From Candidatus Electrothrix sp. GW3-4 (GTDB taxonomy: Bacteria > Desulfobacterota > Desulfobulbia > Desulfobulbales > Desulfobulbaceae): a DNA stretch of 32,000 nucleotides. Positions 1 to 6,486 of this stretch are shown one piece after another. Both the position numbers and the translations under genes were made by a program. Location of the stretch: contig NZ_CP147990.1 in assembly GCF_037902255.1 (NCBI RefSeq), forward strand, positions 1,860,001 through 1,892,000, in the 5' to 3' direction. A model generated the notes under the pieces. The model did not search any database, was not told the origin of the DNA, and saw only the letters and a list, made by a program, of their open reading frames with translations. Numbering within the stretch: position 1 is the stretch's first letter; the number at the start of each line of letters is the position of its first letter.

Positions 1-44
1 TCATTGTAATTTTGCAGCGTTCGATTTGCTGCCCCTGATATCCT

Positions 45-1139
45 ATGCCCTCCTCCATTTTAACCTGTTATTATCGACCCAAGCCCGGCGGTTTTTGTAA
101 ACGACTCTTTCGTGGAATCAACGCGCTGCTTGATCGCGGGCATACAGTTCATTACCTCGCGGTTGTTTCTTTTCCTATCGAACATCCGAATTGCCATTTT
201 CATCGTTTTCCCTGGCCTGAAGCAAAAACTTCAGGCTATGTCTTCTGGGCTGTCTTTCATCTGCTCACTCCCCTCCTGCTTCTCTTTCTTGGATTCAAAT
301 ATCGAGTGAAGCATTTATTCGCTTTCGGACATACGTACTCCTTATTATTACAGCCAGTTAGGCTGGTGAAAAGTATTCCCTTAATTCTTTTTTTACGAGG
401 CGATATGCTTGAAAAACATCGAACAACAGGAAGATCAAGGTCGCTTGTCAGGCTTGAGCTGTTTCTTGAAGGAGTAGGAATTGCTGGAACTGTAATGTAT
501 GGTGTCTCGGAATCTTTAACCAACAGGATTAATGATCGACATCATTTTTTTCGAGCGACAAAATGTGGCATTCTTCGCAATGATATCCCTTCGCACTACA
601 CTGTGGACCATAGAAAGGCCTCTTTTCATCTTCCCCTCCGAGCAGCTTGCGTCGGCATGATCGAACCTGGAAAAAATCAGTTTTTCCTCCTTAATGTATT
701 CAAAAAAATGAGTATCGGGCAAATCCAGCTGTATCTTTACGGCACTGGTCCAGACGAGAAGCTTCTGAGGGCGTTCACAGCAAAAGAAAACATGTCGGAC
801 CGAGTTTTGTTTAGAGGTTGGGTACAATCGGAGCAAATATGGCCTGAGATTGACCTGTTGCTCATGCCCTCCCGTCACGAAGGAGCACCGAATGCCGTGT
901 TAGAAGCGTTGGCAACGGGCACCCCTGTTTTGGCAAGTGATATTCCAGAGCATCGCGAGATCTTACCGAAAAGCTGTCTGCTCTCCCTTTGTGATGAGGC
1001 GGCATGGCAAGAGAGACTCTGTGCAATCTCAGCAAATCCTGAGAAACACCTCTCCCAGATTGCCCGTGAGCAAGAATCCGCATGTATGCAGTTACAATTT
1101 GATTGGGACGATAAAATTGTCAGCTCTATTGTAAATTGA
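45..1139 (+). CDS. Glycosyltransferase, group 1 / GT4-like (GT-B fold)
   Basis: 364-aa ORF. The C-terminal block RHEGAPNAVLEALATGTPVLASDIPEHREIL matches the E-x7-E sugar-nucleotide-binding region typical of group-1 transferases. An in-frame TGA lies directly upstream of the ATG at 45. Confidence 0.8.
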   Translation: MPSSILTCYYRPKPGGFCKRLFRGINALLDRGHTVHYLAVVSFPIEHPNCHFHRFPWPEAKTSGYVFWAVFHLLTPLLLLFLGFKYRVKHLFAFGHTYSLLLQPVRLVKSIPLILFLRGDMLEKHRTTGRSRSLVRLELFLEGVGIAGTVMYGVSESLTNRINDRHHFFRATKCGILRNDIPSHYTVDHRKASFHLPLRAACVGMIEPGKNQFFLLNVFKKMSIGQIQLYLYGTGPDEKLLRAFTAKENMSDRVLFRGWVQSEQIWPEIDLLLMPSRHEGAPNAVLEALATGTPVLASDIPEHREILPKSCLLSLCDEAAWQERLCAISANPEKHLSQIAREQESACMQLQFDWDDKIVSSIVN

Positions 1140-1364
1140 TAAGGTCCTATTGTTTACAGGAGGATCAATTTTCATCCCCAAAAAATCGTCACATGTTCCG
1201 TAATAGGTATTTTGTTGTTTTTCGAGTAATATTCTGTCAAGACACGCCCCACTCCACTCCCTGCAATCGCTCTCTATTGTACAATCAGATTGAGAACGAG
1301 TATCATGTGGATACAAGAAGGCAGTTGATCTGCCGCAGAGGAAATTGGACAGGGAGAGGTTAGC

Positions 1365-2705
1365 ATGACCAAACAACATGTGCGCAAATCATTCATACTG
1401 GACACCAACGTGATCCTGCATGATTCATCCTGCATCAAACATTTTGACGAACATGATATCATAGTCCCCATTACAGTGCTGGAAGAACTTGACCATTTTA
1501 AAAAAGGAAACCAGAGTGTTAACTTCCATGCCCGTGAGTTTGTCCGCTCCCTGGACTGTCTGAGTGCCAACAAGCTGTTCAATGGTGGGGTCTCACTGGG
1601 AGAGGGCAAAGGCCGTTTATCCATCAAACTGGAACTGGCCCCACATCCAGAGTTAGTTCACCACTTTCCTGCTTCTGCGAAACCAGACCATCAGATCCTC
1701 AATATCTGCTATCATCTGCACAAGGAGGATACATCTCGTTTATTTATCCTGGTCACCAAGGACGTCAATCTGCGGATGAAGGCCAAGGCTGTGGGGTTGA
1801 TGGCAGAGAACTACATCACTGATCATGTCAAGGATTTAGGGGCGCTGTACACTGGTACCCGTGTTATTAATGACAATCCTTTCGGCCTGATTGATGAGCT
1901 GCACACCCGCGAGGAAATTCCAGCAAATGATCTGGATCTGCCCCCGGGGGAACCCTTGACCGCCAATGAGTTCATCATCCTTCGCGAGGCCAACAAGTCT
2001 GCCTTGGCAACCTACCATGCCGGAGAGAACAGAGTACACATTATCCATAAACAAAAGGTCTGCGGGATCCTGCCGCGCAATGCGGAACAGACTTTTGCCG
2101 TCCATGCCCTGTGTAATCCTGCGGTCCCCTTGGTGACTATCAGCGGTAAAGCCGGAACGGGAAAGACGCTGCTGGCCTTGGCATCGGCCTTGGAGCAGCG
2201 AAGGAATTACCGTCAGATCATGCTGGCCCGCCCCGTTGTGCCGCTCTCCAACAAGGACCTTGGTTTTCTTCCTGGAGATATCCAGTCCAAGATCGGTCCC
2301 TATATGCAACCGCTCTATGACAATCTGGCCGTCATTCGTAGCCAGTTCCAGAAACAGAGCAAGATGCATCAAAAACTTCATGATCTTCTTGAGGAAAAAA
2401 AACTGATCATCGAGCCCCTTGCCTATATCAGGGGCAGAAGCCTGGTCAAGATGTATATCATCATTGATGAGGCCCAGAATCTGACCCCTCATGAAGTCAA
2501 GACCATCATTACCCGTGCAGGTGAAGATACCAAGATCGTCTTTACCGGTGATGTTCACCAGATAGATCATCCTTATCTGGACTCCCAGTCCAACGGCCTG
2601 AGCTACCTGATTGAAAAAATGCGGGGCCAACACCTGTATTCCCATATAACCCTGCAAAAGGGAGAACGTTCGACCCTGTCTATGTTGGCCAGCGAGTTGC
2701 TGTAG
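1365..2705 (+). CDS. PhoH2-type protein: N-terminal PIN nuclease domain fused to PhoH-like ATPase
   Basis: 446-aa ORF. The N-terminus FILDTNVILHD...ITVLEELD is PIN-like. Walker A is ISGKAGTGKT and Walker B is IIIDEAQN. A GGGAGAGG RBS precedes the ATG. Confidence 0.85.
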   Translation: MTKQHVRKSFILDTNVILHDSSCIKHFDEHDIIVPITVLEELDHFKKGNQSVNFHAREFVRSLDCLSANKLFNGGVSLGEGKGRLSIKLELAPHPELVHHFPASAKPDHQILNICYHLHKEDTSRLFILVTKDVNLRMKAKAVGLMAENYITDHVKDLGALYTGTRVINDNPFGLIDELHTREEIPANDLDLPPGEPLTANEFIILREANKSALATYHAGENRVHIIHKQKVCGILPRNAEQTFAVHALCNPAVPLVTISGKAGTGKTLLALASALEQRRNYRQIMLARPVVPLSNKDLGFLPGDIQSKIGPYMQPLYDNLAVIRSQFQKQSKMHQKLHDLLEEKKLIIEPLAYIRGRSLVKMYIIIDEAQNLTPHEVKTIITRAGEDTKIVFTGDVHQIDHPYLDSQSNGLSYLIEKMRGQHLYSHITLQKGERSTLSMLASELL

Positions 2706-2803
2706 TTGAAACGGGGTAAGAAGGCCTTATCTCCCTGTTTGCCGCACGCCCGCTATAAAACCGGCGTTTTTGTCTTCGATGGGGATAAGGCCCTATGAGC
2801 AGG

Positions 2804-2853
2804 GCAAAAAAAGAGCGGTACGGCCTGAAAAATATACCAGGCTTTACCGCTCT
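2804..2853 (-). terminator. Rho-independent terminator after small acidic protein gene A
   Basis: Plus-strand arms agagcggta (2812-2820) and taccgctct (2845-2853) pair, with an inner ggcctg/caggc pairing. The A7 run at 2805-2811 becomes a U-run after the hairpin on the minus strand. Confidence 0.6.
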
Positions 2854-2898
2854 TGAACGATCAATGCTGTCTAGGAGCTAAACAGCATCAACAGAACG

Positions 2899-3186
2899 TC
2901 AGTCTTCGTCAGCGTCAGGTGCTTCTTCCTCACCTTCCCCTTCTTCTGCTGTCGCAGCGCTATCCTCTTCTCCGTCCTCTTCTCCCATCTCGGAGGAGGC
3001 TTCATCTGTCTCCTCTTCAGCCTCCTCAATAACCTCGTCTGCTGCGTTATCCATAGCATCTTCAGTAGCTTCAATCGCAGCATCCTCAGCTCCATCCACA
3101 GACGCTGAAACAGTCAGTGTCGTGCCAAAGCAAAGCAGGCCAGTGGCAACCAACGCAATAATCATTTTAATGGAATTACGCTTCAT
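2899..3186 (-). CDS. Small secreted, extremely acidic protein (paralogue A), unknown function
   Basis: 95-aa ORF with an AAGGAG RBS. The signal peptide is MKRNSIKMIIALVATGLLCFGTTLTVSA. By hand count the remaining 67 residues contain 33 D/E and no K/R/H. Confidence 0.7.
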   Translation of the reverse strand: MKRNSIKMIIALVATGLLCFGTTLTVSASVDGAEDAAIEATEDAMDNAADEVIEEAEEETDEASSEMGEEDGEEDSAATAEEGEGEEEAPDADED

Positions 3187-3221
3187 AATCTTACATACTC
3201 CTTAGCAGGAAAAAATCCTGT

Positions 3222-3280
3222 AAAAAAACGGCATCGGGCTCTCACTTTGACAGCCCCATCACCTTACTCAGGGATTGCCG
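3222..3280 (-). terminator. Hairpin plus U7: terminator of gene B and/or attenuator in front of gene A
   Basis: In minus sense the sequence is UUUUUUU-CGGCA...GGGCU-gucaaagugag-AGCCC..UGCCG-UUUUUUU. The outer stem pairs 3229-3233 with 3276-3280 and the inner stem pairs 3236-3240 with 3252-3256. The hairpin encloses the CCUGAGUAAGGUGAU motif that also occurs in the leaders of genes B and C. Confidence 0.5.
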
Positions 3281-3333
3281 AAAAAAACAGACGCTGTGTA
3301 ATGATCGTCATGCACTAACAAGGCATTCTTGAT

Positions 3334-3645
3334 TTACTTATCGGTTTCTTCCTTCTCCTCGTCAGCTTTTGCTCCTTCTTTGGCCTCATCAGCTACTGTC
3401 TCTTCCTTCTTGTCCTCAGCAGTTACTTCCTCTTTTTTCTTCTCCCCCATAGCGTTTGCCATAGCCTCACCGGCTTCTTCTTTGGCCTTTGCAACGGCTG
3501 AATCTGTTGCACTGCCAACAACTGCCTCTGCGGCATTAGTAATACTTTTAACAACTTCTTGGTCGGACGCAAAGGCCGTCAGGGAGACACCAAGAGAAAA
3601 CAGGACAGCTATTGCCAGAGAAACAATTCCTTTTACGCTTTTCAT
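3334..3645 (-). CDS. Small secreted charged/acidic protein (paralogue B), unknown function
   Basis: I place the start at the internal ATG (3645), which has an AAGGAG RBS, not at the track start 3681. The signal peptide is MKSVKGIVSLAIAVLFSLGVSLTAFA. SITNAAEA is shared with paralogue C, and the tail is E/K/A/D-rich. Confidence 0.75.
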   Translation of the reverse strand: MKSVKGIVSLAIAVLFSLGVSLTAFASDQEVVKSITNAAEAVVGSATDSAVAKAKEEAGEAMANAMGEKKKEEVTAEDKKEETVADEAKEGAKADEEKEETDK

Positions 3646-3813
3646 GGGTAACAACTCCTTATAAAAATAAAATAGCAACATAAAAACTAGACCTTCACTA
3701 TGAAAGCCCTTTGATCACCTTACTCAGGCGCTTACCGAAAAAGAAGCCAGAGCCAGCAAGGATTTCTTTCCCGGAAAACAGCTGACTCTATCAGCTGTAC
3801 CGTTCTGAACACA
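3646..3813 (-). promoter_or_regulatory. Conserved structured 5' leader of gene B (candidate cis-regulatory RNA / attenuator)
   Basis: The leader lies between the predicted -10 and the RBS. P1 is the palindrome ACAGCUGA-uagag-UCAGCUGU (3778-3798). P2 is an 11-bp stem (3735-3745 with 3764-3774) whose loop UUGCUGGCUCUGGC is conserved. The CCUGAGUAAGGUGAU motif follows, then an 8-bp hairpin (3690-3708) followed by UAGUUUUUA. It aligns with 4451-4622. Confidence 0.5.
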
Positions 3814-3820
3814 ACGCGTC

Positions 3821-3849
3821 AATATAGAATATAAAATAAATTTTGTCAG
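3821..3849 (-). promoter_or_regulatory. Sigma70-type promoter for gene B
   Basis: In minus sense the -35 is CTGACA (3844-3849), the spacer is 17 nt, and the -10 is TATATT (3821-3826). The same hexamers and spacing recur upstream of gene C. Confidence 0.6.
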
Positions 3850-3975
3850 CAAATAACGACATGCGCAACTATTGAATGCGACGATAAAAAATGTTTTTTA
3901 TAACCTGAAATATCCTCACCTAACCCTATTTTTCAACACATTCCACAGCATCCCGCACATTGCGGAATAAATATA

Positions 3976-4026
3976 CTACAACGTGTCGTAAAGAAGCGTC
4001 AATAACTTTCGTGAATTCTTCTCGCC
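3976..4026 (-). pseudogene. Relic of the 3' end of the PNP/UDP-family phosphorylase gene (duplication scar)
   Basis: The minus-sense translation is GEKNSRKLLTLLYDTL-stop. It aligns with the true C-terminus of the 4744-5457 gene (...SRKLLMLLCNTL-stop) and with its nucleotides at 4744-4805. Confidence 0.6.
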
Positions 4027-4092
4027 TTGTTGGCAAAATGTAAGGAAGAGCCTAAAACATCCTCTCTGAAGGGAATGGTTTTCTATGGCGTA

Positions 4093-4139
4093 ATAAAAAA
4101 GGACGATAACAGCCTGAGCAAAGATCAGCCATTATCGCC
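4093..4139 (-). terminator. Rho-independent terminator after gene C
   Basis: In minus sense an imperfect long hairpin GGCGAUAAUGGCUGA-ucuuugc-UCAGGCUGUUAUCGUCC (4101-4139) is followed by UUUUUUAUU (4093-4100). Confidence 0.55.
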
Positions 4140-4192
4140 CTCGAAAGAAGATAAGCTTAACAACTTGCTATAAAAAGAGAGTTATTTCCGAT

Positions 4193-4450
4193 CTACTTTT
4201 CGGTTTCGTCTTTCTTATCGTCATCCTTTGCTTCCTTTTTTTTCTCCTCATCCATAACGTCAACCATAGCTCCGCCAGCCTGTTCCTTGACAGCTTTAAC
4301 TGCAGATTCTCTTGCACAATCAGCGGCGGCTTCTGCTGCATTAGTAATGCTTTGAATAACCTTGGGATCGGATGCAACAGCTGTCATGGTGATACCGAGT
4401 GAAAACAGCACTGCCATTGCCAGAGAAACAATTACTTTTATGTTCTTCAT
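4193..4450 (-). CDS. Small secreted charged/acidic protein (paralogue C), unknown function
   Basis: 85-aa ORF with an AAGGAGGG RBS. The signal peptide is MKNIKVIVSLAMAVLFSLGITMTAVA. It shares SITNAAEA and a K/E/D-rich tail with paralogue B. Confidence 0.75.
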   Translation of the reverse strand: MKNIKVIVSLAMAVLFSLGITMTAVASDPKVIQSITNAAEAAADCARESAVKAVKEQAGGAMVDVMDEEKKKEAKDDDKKDETEK

Positions 4451-4622
4451 GAGAAAACCCTCCTTGTAAAATAAAATAGCAATACATAAAAACTAAGCTC
4501 CCTTCATGAAAGAAAGCCCCCTGATCGCCTTACTCAGGCGGTTGCCGAAAAAAAAGCCAGAGCCAGCAACAATTTTTTTCCGGAAAACAGCTGACTCTAT
4601 CAGCTGCACCGCTCTAAACATG
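4451..4622 (-). promoter_or_regulatory. Conserved structured 5' leader of gene C (second copy)
   Basis: The architecture matches 3646-3813. The palindrome lies at 4588-4606. The P2 stem pairs 4545-4555 with 4573-4583 and keeps the same loop sequence. The motif is CCUGAGUAAGGCGAU, and UUAGUUUUUAU precedes the RBS. Confidence 0.5.
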
Positions 4623-4629
4623 AGGGCGC

Positions 4630-4658
4630 AATATAGAATATAAGAATGCTTTTGTCAG
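4630..4658 (-). promoter_or_regulatory. Sigma70-type promoter for gene C
   Basis: In minus sense the -35 is CTGACA (4653-4658), the spacer is 17 nt, and the -10 is TATATT (4630-4635). Confidence 0.6.
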
Positions 4659-4743
4659 TAAATAACGACACGGTCAACTATATAATGTTACGGGAAAAAC
4701 AACAATGCCATCCAGTATCATATATAGCGACGAATGATATTTG

Positions 4744-5457
4744 TTACAAGGTGTTGCAAAGGAGCATCAATAACTTTCTGGACTTTCGCTTAAATTCTTT
4801 TCGGGAAAACTGTGGCTGCCAAGGCTGCCTCCAGACTTCATCGGAAACCAACATAGCTGCTGCCACCTCAATACTCCTGAAGGCAGCAACCGCACAAAGG
4901 GCGGAAAGCTCCATATCCACCCCATAGATTCCCAGGTTTGCATATTCAGTAATTTTGGCTCGGGTTTCCCGGTACGGTGCATCCGTGGTCCAGATCTTTC
5001 CGGTCTGGTAGGTCATGTCTGCTGCGGTTAGGATACTGCCAAGTTGTTCGTGCAATTTTGGGGAGGCAGAAATTGTATTTTCTTGATCATCCTGGTAATG
5101 TCGGCTGGTCCCTTCTTCAGAAAGAGCATCAGTTGGGAGAAATACATCCAAAGCGTGTAGTCTCTCCTGGAGAGAGCCGCACCAACCATAAAGAATAACC
5201 TTTTTCGCACCCAGAGCGATCAACTTCTCCAGGCACATCACCGCCATAGGGGCGCCTACAGCAGGTCCGGCCAAAAACAGTCGATCTGAGTAATAAAGGT
5301 TGGAGTGAAAGAGAAAGGAGCGCTGCATCCCGGCCTCTTTGGCATAGGCAGCCAGCACAGGGGCCTCGGTCGGGTTAACTGCCAGGAGGCCTATTTCCGG
5401 AAGAGTCGGTTCTCCCCTGCCCCGCTCCGGGTTGATGACACATTCTTGCTTATTCAT
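4744..5457 (-). CDS. Nucleoside phosphorylase-family protein (PNP/UDP type 1 fold); substrate unknown
   Basis: 237-aa ORF. LFLAGPAVGAPMAVMCLEKLIALGAKKVILYGWCGSL and GVDMELSALCAVA resemble the phosphate- and nucleoside-binding segments of the PNP/UDP/MTAN family. Its ATG overlaps the arfB stop (ATGA at 5454-5457). Confidence 0.65.
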   Translation of the reverse strand: MNKQECVINPERGRGEPTLPEIGLLAVNPTEAPVLAAYAKEAGMQRSFLFHSNLYYSDRLFLAGPAVGAPMAVMCLEKLIALGAKKVILYGWCGSLQERLHALDVFLPTDALSEEGTSRHYQDDQENTISASPKLHEQLGSILTAADMTYQTGKIWTTDAPYRETRAKITEYANLGIYGVDMELSALCAVAAFRSIEVAAAMLVSDEVWRQPWQPQFSRKEFKRKSRKLLMLLCNTL

Positions 5458-5897
5458 TCTTCCCGGCTAGAAACTCGTTTAGCCCGCTGCTGCTTCAGCT
5501 GCCCCCGTTTCTTTTTACTTTGCAAACGACGTTGCTTGGCATTACGCGAGGGCCTTGTCTTTTTTCGCGTCTTTTGAATATACAAGGCATCGCGTAATAA
5601 ACTTATAAAGCGTTGGATCACCTCTTCCTGATTGCCTCGCTGGCTACGCTGTCGGTCCCCATCCAATCGCAAGATCCCCTGCTTGTTGAGGCGATTGCCA
5701 AGACGATGCTTGAGCAGGGTTTTCTGTTCCTCAGTCAGACTTGGTGAAGCCTCAAGATCAAAGATAAGCGAGACCTTGGTATTGACCTTATTGACATGCT
5801 GGCCACCCTTTCCGCTACTGCGTGAGTAGCGGAAAAACAGCTCTGCGGCAGGAATGGTGCAGGATGAGGTTATTCGATAATGATCTTGCTTATCCAT
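5454..5897 (-). CDS. arfB: Alternative ribosome-rescue factor ArfB (peptidyl-tRNA hydrolase, GGQ class)
   Basis: 147-aa ORF. The RF-1-like domain carries SSGKGGQHVNKVNTKV (GGQ motif). The C-terminal tail is strongly basic (KTRKKTRPSRNAKQRRLQSKKKRGQLKQQRAKR). Confidence 0.9.
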   Translation of the reverse strand: MDKQDHYRITSSCTIPAAELFFRYSRSSGKGGQHVNKVNTKVSLIFDLEASPSLTEEQKTLLKHRLGNRLNKQGILRLDGDRQRSQRGNQEEVIQRFISLLRDALYIQKTRKKTRPSRNAKQRRLQSKKKRGQLKQQRAKRVSSREE

Positions 5898-5918
5898 ATT
5901 CTTTCTCTGCCGTTCTCT

Positions 5919-6254
5919 TTATTTGGGCAGAACAATCTGCTGTTCCCGGTCCAACTTCTTATTCGGCATATAGAGCAAAACCATCTTGCCGATGAGTTGG
6001 ACCAGGGCAGCACCGCTGTCTTTCGCCAACTGCTCTGCGGCCTCTTTCTTGGGCACTTCACAGTTCTGGCCCAGCTTGACCTTGATCAACTCACGGGTCC
6101 GCAGGGCATCAAGCACTGACTGCACCACATTCTCGGAAATCCCTTCTTTTCCCACGTATACGGTGGGGTCGACATGGTGTCCTAAGCCGCGCAGGTATTT
6201 ATTCTGTTTACTGTTGAGGGTAATCTGCGACTTTTTCTTTTTGTTTGTACTCAT
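5919..6254 (-). CDS. yhbY: YhbY-type CRM-domain RNA-binding protein (ribosome assembly)
   Basis: 111-aa ORF. LNSKQNKYLRGLGHHVDPTVYVGKEGISENVVQSVLDALRTRELIKVKL matches the YhbY/CRS1 pattern (L+..AH.L.P.V.IGK.G....V......AL..HELIKVK). Confidence 0.85.
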   Translation of the reverse strand: MSTNKKKKSQITLNSKQNKYLRGLGHHVDPTVYVGKEGISENVVQSVLDALRTRELIKVKLGQNCEVPKKEAAEQLAKDSGAALVQLIGKMVLLYMPNKKLDREQQIVLPK

Positions 6255-6353
6255 ATGTATTTGTCTTCCTATATACCAGGAGTTACCCTGGGCTCAGTAT
6301 ATTGACCCTTTCAGGGGTCGATTTTTCAATTTAACGACAAGATAAGTTTGCTG

Positions 6354-6465
6354 CCCACCGTTGAAACGGTGGGCTATTCTCGATCGACCCTCCGGGGCGG
6401 GGGAAACCCGGTAAACAGCGTCCCGGAGGGTCAGCCCGAAAATAGCCCGGTGTTTCAACACCGGG
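6354..6465. other. Nested-dyad, GC-rich structured intergenic element (candidate ncRNA or terminator complex)
   Basis: Hairpin H1 is cccaccg-ttgaaa-cggtggg (6354-6373). The outer stem pairs gggctatt (6371-6378) with aatagccc (6441-6448). The 11-bp inner stem pairs gaccctccggg (6386-6396) with cccggagggtc (6422-6432). Hairpin H3 is cccggtg-tttcaa-caccggg (6446-6465). H1 and H3 are near reverse complements of each other. Confidence 0.4.
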
Positions 6466-6486
6466 TACGAAAACCGCATGGTATAT

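Larger units (their letters stand above)
3334..4026. repeat. Tandem segmental duplication, copy 1 (gene B, leader, promoter and phosphorylase 3' relic)
   Basis: By eye this aligns along most of its length with 4193-4805. The diverged and indel-rich stretch is ~3870-3975 versus ~4680-4745. Confidence 0.6.
4193..4805. repeat. Tandem segmental duplication, copy 2 (gene C, leader, promoter and true phosphorylase 3' end)
   Basis: See copy 1. Shared blocks include the signal-peptide coding region, the whole leader, the promoter hexamers and the last ~16 codons of the phosphorylase gene. Confidence 0.6.

Noticed and set aside
1836-2657. 273-aa minus-strand ORF inside the PIN-PhoH2 gene
   Set aside because: It lies fully antisense to a gene with clear Walker motifs. 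Its composition is low-information and I see no RBS or recognisable motif, so it is a shadow ORF.
3329-3664. 111-aa plus-strand ORF (S/A/F-rich) opposite small acidic protein B
   Set aside because: It is the mirror-image low-complexity translation of the E/K/A-rich gene. The minus-strand reading has the RBS, the signal peptide and a paralogue, and this one has none of these.
3735-3763. Sigma-54 promoter reading of TTGCTGGCTCTGGCTTC in the leaders
   Set aside because: With GG placed at -24, no GC dinucleotide falls at the required -12 spacing. The sequence fits better as the conserved loop of stem P2.
6354-6465. Possible identities for the element: SRP (4.5S) RNA, cobalamin riboswitch, or integron attC site
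   Set aside because: The minus strand has CTGTTTACCGGG, resembling E. coli 4.5S CUGUUUACCAGG, but the GGAA tetraloop and AGCAGCC block are absent. GGGAAACCCGGTAAA resembles part of the B12 riboswitch core, but there is no GCCACTG B12 box. The GTTGAAA/TTTCAAC pair lies in hairpin loops, deviates from the GTTRRRY consensus, and no integrase is nearby.
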